A stretch of 64,000 nt of DNA. Origin: Eledone cirrhosa. Its lineage: Eukaryota. The stretch covers positions 363,506,001 through 363,570,000 of the forward strand of contig OZ024740.1 of NCBI GenBank assembly GCA_964016885.1. Reading direction: 5' to 3'. Within the stretch, counting starts at the first letter, position 1, and each line of letters opens with the position of its first letter. The notes under the pieces were generated by a model. The model worked only from the letters and a program-made list of their open reading frames with translations, did not search any database and was not told where the DNA came from. Below, piece after piece: positions 56,570 through 64,000 of this stretch. Made by a program: the position numbers and the translations under genes.

Positions 56570-58731
56570 TAACTTACTAAAGGCGACGGGCGAGATCTGT
56601 GGTTGGAGCAAGACCACAGGGAGGAGGAGAGTGACTTGGTGGTGGTGGAACAATAAGGTAGATGAGGCAGTTAAGGCTAAGAGACAGGCATAGAAACAAT
56701 GGAAGAACGGGGGAAGTAGGGTACCTTACATAGAGACCAGGAAGGAAACTAGGCGACAAGTATACTTAGCTAGGAGGGAAGCGGAGGATAACAAATTTCA
56801 AGCATATTTTGCAACGTGAGGACCAGAAACAGGAGGTGTTCAAGATTGTAAAGCAGAGAGAATTGTGATGTCATTGGAGAGAAGTGTATCTGGAATGATA
56901 AAGGGGAGCTTGCCCTCACAAGTGCTGAGAAGAAAGATACATGGAAGAGTCATTATGATAAATTACTAAATGAGGAGAATGCATGAGAAAAAGAGACCCT
57001 ACCCCAAGTAGACCCTATAGAGGGGCCAGCAGTACAAGTCAGCAGCAGTGTAGTAAGTAAGGCAATCAAAGATATGAAGATGAGGAAGGCAACCAGTCCA
57101 TCGGGTATAGCTGCCGAGATGCTGAAGGCATCTGGGTCGGTAGATCACACCATAACCATACGTATTGTTAACCAGGTAATACTAGAAGGTGTCATACCAA
57201 AGGATTGGTGCAGCAGCATCATTATCAACTGCTACAAGGGTAAAGGTGATGCACTAGATAGAGGAAACTATAGAGGTATAAGGCTGATGGACCAAAGTAA
57301 CTAGCTAAAAGTAAGCCACTCTACCTGGCACTTGTCGATCTGGAAAAATTCTTTGACAGAGTCCCCCGTGCTATAATCTGGTGGGCTCTTAGAAAACTAG
57401 GAGTAGATGAATGGCTTGAGTAAGCTGTACAAGCCATGTATAGGGGAGCAGTCAGAAAAGTTAGGGTTAGCAATGACTATAGCGAGGAATTTAGCATACA
57501 AGTCAGTGTCCACCAGGGCTCTGTTCTTAGCCCTCTCCTGTTCATTATTGTTTTTCAGGCAATAACGGAGGAGTTTAAGACCGGATGCCCATGGGAACTC
57601 CTGTATGTTGATGACCTCGCACTTATAGCCGAATCTATGGTGGAACTAGAGAAGAAATTCCAAACATGGAGGCAGGGACTAGAAAGAAAGGGTTTCAAAG
57701 TCAACCTGACAAAGACTAAGGTCCTTGTAAGTAGTCGAGAAAACAGCACCCAGATCCCCTCAGCGAAATGGCCGTGCTCAGTATGTAGGAAAGGTGTAGG
57801 TAGGAATTCCATCCTCTGCCTCAAATGCCTACAATGGGTACACCAGAGATGTAATGGGATCTTAGGAAGCTTAACTAAGAATGTAGGCTTCACATGTAGC
57901 AGCTGCGCTGGGACAGGAAGCAGCAAACAGCCACAGGAAACAAGCACCACCAAACTCTGGGAGGGCTCTGTAGAAACAGTAGACAGCTTTTGCTACCGAG
58001 GTGACCAAATTAGCAGCGGAGGTGGGTGTTCGGAAAGTACAATAACTAGGGTAAGAACTGGATGGAAGAAGTTCAGGGAGCTACTGCCACTGCTAGCTGC
58101 AAAAGGCTTTTCCCTCAAAATGAAAGGCAGACTGTATGATGCGTGTATACGAACAGCAATGTTACATGGTAGTGAGACCTGAGCGCTGTCTGTAGAAGAC
58201 TTGCGCAGATTAGAAAAAAACGAAGCTTGCATGCTCCGATGGATGTGTAATAGTTATATATGTGAACGGTAAAGCATAAACAAATTGAGAGAGAGACTGA
58301 GCATAAGAGGAATCAAATGCTGTATGCAGGAGAGGAGGTTGCATTGGTATGGACATGCGATGCATATGAAGGATGACAGCTTACCCAATTGCACTTCTCA
58401 AAGGTGATGACACACGACCGCAACCTCTGGCGTCACGCAGTAATATAGAAGACCTGACTTCCCATGGGTACAAACTGAAGTTGAAGCATATAGACAATAT
58501 GCCCCCACCCCCTACCACTGCAAAGTGGTCGTGTAGGCGCCACGGAAAAAAGCACCCAGCACTCACTGTAAATGAGGTTGGAGTTAGGAAGGGCATCCAG
58601 CCTTAGAAATCAAGCCAGAATCAGTTCCCGTATGAGCAAGACAAGGTCAGCCGACCGGAGACTGCCCACAACAGGACAAGCCGTCTAACCCATGCTAGCA
58701 TGGAAGAACGGACGTAAAACGGTGATGATGA
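56570..58731 (+). mobile_element. 5'-truncated RTE LINE
   Basis: ORFs 57074-57304 and 57436-58182 (RT with PHD), 3' UTR, (GAT)n tail. Confidence 0.9.
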
Positions 58732-58784
58732 TATATATATATATATATGTATTTTGTTTATTATATTCTCTTGTTATATTTCGA

Positions 58785-58842
58785 ATACCTGATGATGTCA
58801 CCGGATTCATACTGAACCCGGTCATTGAAATGATCATAGTAT
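58785..58842 (+). ncRNA. Type-I hammerhead motif followed by AATAAA
   Basis: ATAC-CTGATGA-[ACCGG.TTCA/TGAA.CCGGT]-GAAA-TGATCAT-A^-GTAT-AATAAA; flanked by (TA)n. Confidence 0.8.
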
Positions 58843-59699
58843 AATAAACCTTTTAAGAAATTACACTAGTCCAGCCTCCTGTTATTTTATAATATTTATA
58901 TATATGTATATATATAGATATACACATGTGTTTATATATATATATATATATATATTCGTCAAATTGTAATATAGAGTTAGAAACTCACAATAAATCCTCT
59001 ATGATCAAGGGAGCTCAAGGAAGAGAGACCGAGCTCATTATAAATCATAGCAAAGATAGAAGGCACATAATAAATTATGTCAGATAATAGGGGATATATA
59101 TATATATATATAAACACACGCATGTTGATGTGATTTCCAAAAGAATAAAAACATTGTAAAAATAAATGTTAAAATTATGAAATGAATTATAATAATAAAA
59201 ATGTCCTTGATGCTAAAATATAAATAATGTAAATAACAATTCAAATAAAAAAAAAAAATTATAAATTAATTTAACAATAACCTTGCTGGGACATTTTACT
59301 TATATCATTATTTATTATATTAATAGACAAATCCAGTTGATTCTCCTTTGGTGAATGCTTACTGTTCAGAATATGGAAAAGAATTCAAGAAGTTGAAATT
59401 GATTATTGTGATTGCCAAAAGAATAAAAAATATTTGAAAAGAATAAAACTCAATGGTAAACTTATGAAATGAATAATAGTAAAAAAAATTCCTTGTTGCT
59501 CAAATATAAATAATGTATGTAACAATTTAAATGAAAAAAATATATATTAAATTGATTTAACATTAACCTTACTTCAGAATATTATATTCAACAACACATA
59601 ATATTGATAAAATTTGATCAGTATCAAGTATATTGTTCAGTTAATTATTTTTTTTTTTGTTTTCTAGTTTTGGTTTTACTTTTGGTTTTATTTAAAAAA

Positions 59700-60330
59700 A
59701 AATTTTTTTATCTAAAGAACTTGATCATAAACAATGTTTTTAACTTTTGTGTAAAAATAAAAATAAAAATTATTAGGATCTCTCAATCTTGAAAGTGATA
59801 CATATAGTTGTCCATGAGATATTACTTCATTTTTAAGATTGATACCAACTTTTTTAAATGTTTGACCTTGTGATTTATTTATTGTCATAGCAAAAAATAG
59901 TTTAACTGGAAATTGTAATCTTGTAAACCTCACTGACTCGTCTGCAAGTAATTTAATTCTTGTTAATAATACTAATTCATGTTCTGGAAGACGTTTAGGT
60001 TAATGTTCATTCATAAATGCAGCCAACTTTGTTATGTCATAATTTGTCTCTCTTGCAAACTCTCTTGAAGTTAAATCACTTTGATTTTGACAGTCCGGAA
60101 CCAGACGCTTGCAAAGTCTTGCCTCCCATGACCAAAATTGATCCTCAATTTCAGTCAATGGTTGATTGAAAATATCTTCACAGAACTGAATATTGATGCC
60201 TGGGTTTGCATGTTGAACTGCCTACTTTAAGTCCCCAGCCATATCCTTTTGGTGTTTCATCCAAAGTTGTTGGGGACTGCCAAGTTGACACATGTTCAGC
60301 ATAATGGCAATAACTATTTGCCACATATAG
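59700..60330 (-). mobile_element. Helitron RepHel remnant
   Basis: [22 protein letters not shown]...[10 protein letters not shown]...KNIVYDQVL*, Pif1-like helicase C-terminus. Confidence 0.85.
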
Positions 60331-60586
60331 TAGACAAGTTTTACACACTGGAGCACAAAAATATTACAACCATAAAAATCATGCATGCACACATATATAC
60401 ACATCACTTTATAACTGCTGCCCACATACACATGAATAACTGTCTATCCATCTATCTGTTATCATCATCATCATGACTATTTTACATCAACTTTCCATAC
60501 TAGCATGGGTTGTCATAGTGACCTTATCTTTGGCATGGTTTTTGCAGCTGGAATCCCTTCGTAATGCCAACCATCTTACAGAGTGA

Positions 60587-60649
<63 letters not shown>

Positions 60650-60659
60650 TCCTCTGTTT

Positions 60660-61830
60660 ATCTATCACAGAATTTATCAAAGATGCACTTGCACAATGGC
60701 ATCACAAGTCGATTTATCTGAGTTATGCCCATCAATACTCAATGATATATGAAATGAATTCACTGTTTCAAAGTGGCAACTAATTATTCAGTTTAGAAAG
60801 GACTTTCTACATATAGCATAGACAATTAGTGAACCATATACAAAAGACAACAACAACAAATACCGAGAGTGGTTTCTAATATACCAACTATACACGTGGG
60901 AATTAAAAAGGATTTGGGACTGTCATGAGATTAAGGTCATTTCGATTGTCATAAGAGCACTAGGTACTATCTCACAGAGTTTTCAAAGATGGTTAAAGAA
61001 CATTAGTCCAGCCCCCTTTTTTTGAACACTTCAAAAGGCATGCTTGCTGGGAACAGCAAGAACCCTCCGATATGTCCTGAATATCTGAGGCTGCAGGTAG
61101 CGGCTTAATGTTCATTTGGACAAACTTTCCAGTTAAATAACAACAATGACTGAGACTCCAATACTACTAATAATAATGTTTCTACTTTTGGCACAAGGCC
61201 AGCAATTATTCCAGTGCATTATTGGTGCTTTATTTTATTGACCCTATAAGGATGAAAGGCAAAGTTATCCTCGGTGGGATTTGAACTCAGAACGTAAAGG
61301 GCCATAACTCTGCTGCAAAGTATGGTGTCTGATTCTCTACCAATACTGCCATGAAATTCTAAAAAAATATCAACCCATCACCTGCTTTTCCACATCATAC
61401 AAAATTCTCACCTCATTTTTGACAGAAACAACCTACACATTTATGGACGAAAATCATCCCTATTGAGTAGAAAGGTTGTCACCATGGGTCTTACAGCTGT
61501 AAAGACCAACTTTCAATTAAGATTTTAGAAAACTGTCATAACAAGCAGAGAATTTTGAGTAGTACTTGGATTGAATATAAAAAAATCATTTCATAATGTT
61601 CCCCACTAATGGATTTTGAAAACTTTGGATGTTCTGAAAATTTCCCCAATAATATCAAACTTCCTGAAATACATGTCTCTATGGAATATAAATCTATCAC
61701 TGTCACTCACTGATGGAACTATAAATTACAGCAGCACAAGCATTAACTGTGGTATTTTTCATGGTGATCTGTTTTCTCCTTTTATGTTTTGCATTGCTCT
61801 CAAACCTTTGACTTTAGAGCTCAAGCTAAC
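60660..61830 (+). mobile_element. R4/Dong-like (RLE) non-LTR fragments: 3' end ~60660-61170, RT fragment ~61355-61830
   Basis: ELKRIW..IVIRALGTI..LQKACLLGTARTLRYVL*; PITC..YKILT..GSYSCKDQL..GIFHGDLFSP. Confidence 0.7.
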
Positions 61831-63779
61831 AAGAACTAACATGAAGCTGTGTTATTTATAGCTAGTTTGAATTGAACCAACAAATGTTACGTGACTTAAC
61901 TATCGTAATCACACAATAGCAGCCAGGAAATATAAACAGTTGATCTTTCAGTTTTTAGTTTCACACTATACTGACCTATCTAAATATACATACGTCATTT
62001 GGAAATTGAAACTGTCTTAAAAACTTAATAAAATCCTTTCAAACAACACCCATCAGATGACTATTTCTGCTATTACTACTTTTTTTCATTTTAATTGAAT
62101 GACATATTAGGAAACACAAAAATGACATGAGGAGGTGCTAACCGCAATCATCACACAATTGTGTGGTGTCAACAGAATCACATCCTCTTTAAAAGGAAGG
62201 TGACAACCAATACCTGCAATTTGATTACTTGAGATTTATGCCTTCTATTTCACTTTCTTAAAATTATTATTTTTCTTATATCGTGTAAGATGTTTATGAA
62301 AAAAAAAGAAGTTTAAACCTTAAGCATTTGCATTACTCTATATTTACTATTGTATTTTTGTAGTAAAAGCTTTACCTCATATATTTTCTCACATAATATT
62401 GAATCTATGAGATTTTGATATTATTTAATTTGAGAACAATACCTTAACGTTGGTATGAGTGGTTGGTTACAGCTGGTTTCAACAAAAAGAGGTGAGAGAA
62501 TTCTGGCTGGATACAGCTAGCTTAAACTAAAAGTTAGTAAAAAGTATCTCTTGTTTTGTGTAAATCTAGTAACTATTCTGATCCAGGTTCAATTTCCAAT
62601 ATAAATCATTTTGTTTGACTTATATGGAAAATATTTTTTGGAATGGACCCGCCATTGGTTCTGATAATCAACGTTCCAATACTTCGATGAATAAGACAGC
62701 ATGTTCATAGAATTAGTAAGTGGCTGAGCATTCCACAGCCCATGCACCGTTAACATAATTCTCAGGGAGATTCAGCATGACAAGACTTTCACTTTGAATT
62801 ACAGACCATGACAAATTTCTAAGCAGTTTCCATCAATACAATTTCATTCACAAGGCTTGGATTGATCCAAAGTTATTATAAATGACACTTGCCCAAGATA
62901 CCACACAATGAGATCAAACCTTGGACCTACTGATTGCAAAGTAAACTTCTTAACAATTTGACTATGCTTTGAAAGGTAAAGACGTTATCAGGGGCAGATT
63001 AAGCATGCATTGAGCCCCTGGTGGAAAATTTCACTGAGGCCCTTGCATATCGTATAGGGTAGCAAAAAAGAAATGAATTTGGAGTCCTTTAAATATTGTG
63101 GGGCACCTGGTTACCGCACAATCAATGCTGCTCCTTAATCTGCCACTGGATGAACATGTATGACAGGGAATATGGATAATCAATTATCGATAATTACTAA
63201 TTGATGAATAGACAAATAATCCAATGTCTTTATCACCATCATCTTGCAGACCAAGACTGAACACGAAACCACATGGTTGTGAAGCAAGCTCCTTAACCAC
63301 AGTCATGCTTGCAACAATATGTGATAAAAGAACAGCACATTGTAATATTTTGTATAAAAATTAGTACCATCTGATGTAGTAGTTTATATGAGAAAAGTAA
63401 AAGAATATGAAAGTGATGAAATTTACATCTGAAACCTATGTAGGTTTAGCTAGCTTCCTACGAAATTGTATGGTATAAGAGATATATTGGATGTTTTAAC
63501 AATAGGAGGCCCAGATCTAGCATATTGTTGTTACAGCTTACACCTATGTAGGTTTACCTGGCCTCCTGCAAGTGTGCATCTCCAATGAGGTTTCTAGAGT
63601 ATTTTAATAATAGCGCAACAACACAATGTGCCACCAGGTCAAGGAATTCAATCTATGACCATATAATGTTGAGACTAACACCCTAACCACTAGACCATGC
63701 ACCTTAAGAGAAAAACAAAAGGAATCAGAGAAAACAAACATTTTGTTAAATATAAAATAGTTTAATTCTCGATGTTTCT

Positions 63780-64000
63780 TCAGCGTAGTTTGGAGATTTT
63801 CAAAGGAATAAAATCGTTTGAATCTGAATCTTCCTCCCCCTCATCCTCATTGTCATCATCAATAATTATTGGTCGTTTGTTGTGTGTTTTTCTGCGAAAA
63901 GAATTTTTAGAATCAATGTCAGGTATTGGAAGCGAGGATGTTTCACTGTTGGTCTTAATCTCAGATTGTGAAGATGGTACCGTTGACATTAACTTGCTGC
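63780..64000 (-). CDS. Probable 3'-terminal coding segment of a convergent neighbouring gene (Ser-rich, basic patch, acidic tract)
   Basis: Frame open from the window edge to TGA at 63780; ...SFRRKTHNKRPIIIDDDNEDEGEEDSDSNDFIPLKISKLR*; no TE motif recognised. Confidence 0.45.
   Translation of the reverse strand, partial: SKLMSTVPSSQSEIKTNSETSSLPIPDIDSKNSFRRKTHNKRPIIIDDDNEDEGEEDSDSNDFIPLKISKLR

Noticed and set aside
59712-59933. Host PIF1 helicase gene
   Set aside because: Fragmentary, with the Helitron-type KNIVY terminus and deleted upstream RepHel pieces
62560-62705. Short unique-looking segment that might be an exon
   Set aside because: No convincing splice sites or recognisable motif on either strand

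Overview
Eukaryotic, AT-rich, repeat-dense genomic DNA. The SINE/LINE repertoire and long (TA)n tracts suggest an octopod cephalopod, which is an inference. The window holds the 3' part of one large + strand gene. I assembled 14 GT-AG exons by hand (3615..54656, 2220 nt, 739 aa plus stop, all phases compatible); they encode the end of one MAM domain and four complete MAM domains (MALRD1/MAMDC-like, no transmembrane segment seen). Introns and flanks contain RTE-clade LINEs (one near full length, with a PHD finger inside the RT), a head-to-tail cluster of Tx1/L1-clade elements in (ATT)n tracts, Meta/MESC-core and CORE-like tRNA SINEs, TTAA MITEs, and Helitron, R4/Dong, CRE-like and Penelope fragments. 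The most unusual signal is a set of short Penelope-derived, often palindromic elements in or beside (TA)n microsatellites. They carry at least six sequence-unrelated type-I hammerhead ribozyme motifs with intact cores, three of them sense to the MAM pre-mRNA within introns. A twin-priming-like 5'-inverted RTE insertion with a 13-bp TSD is also present. The probable 3' end of a convergent gene enters at the right edge. Repeat boundaries are approximate and family names come from motif recognition, not database searches.
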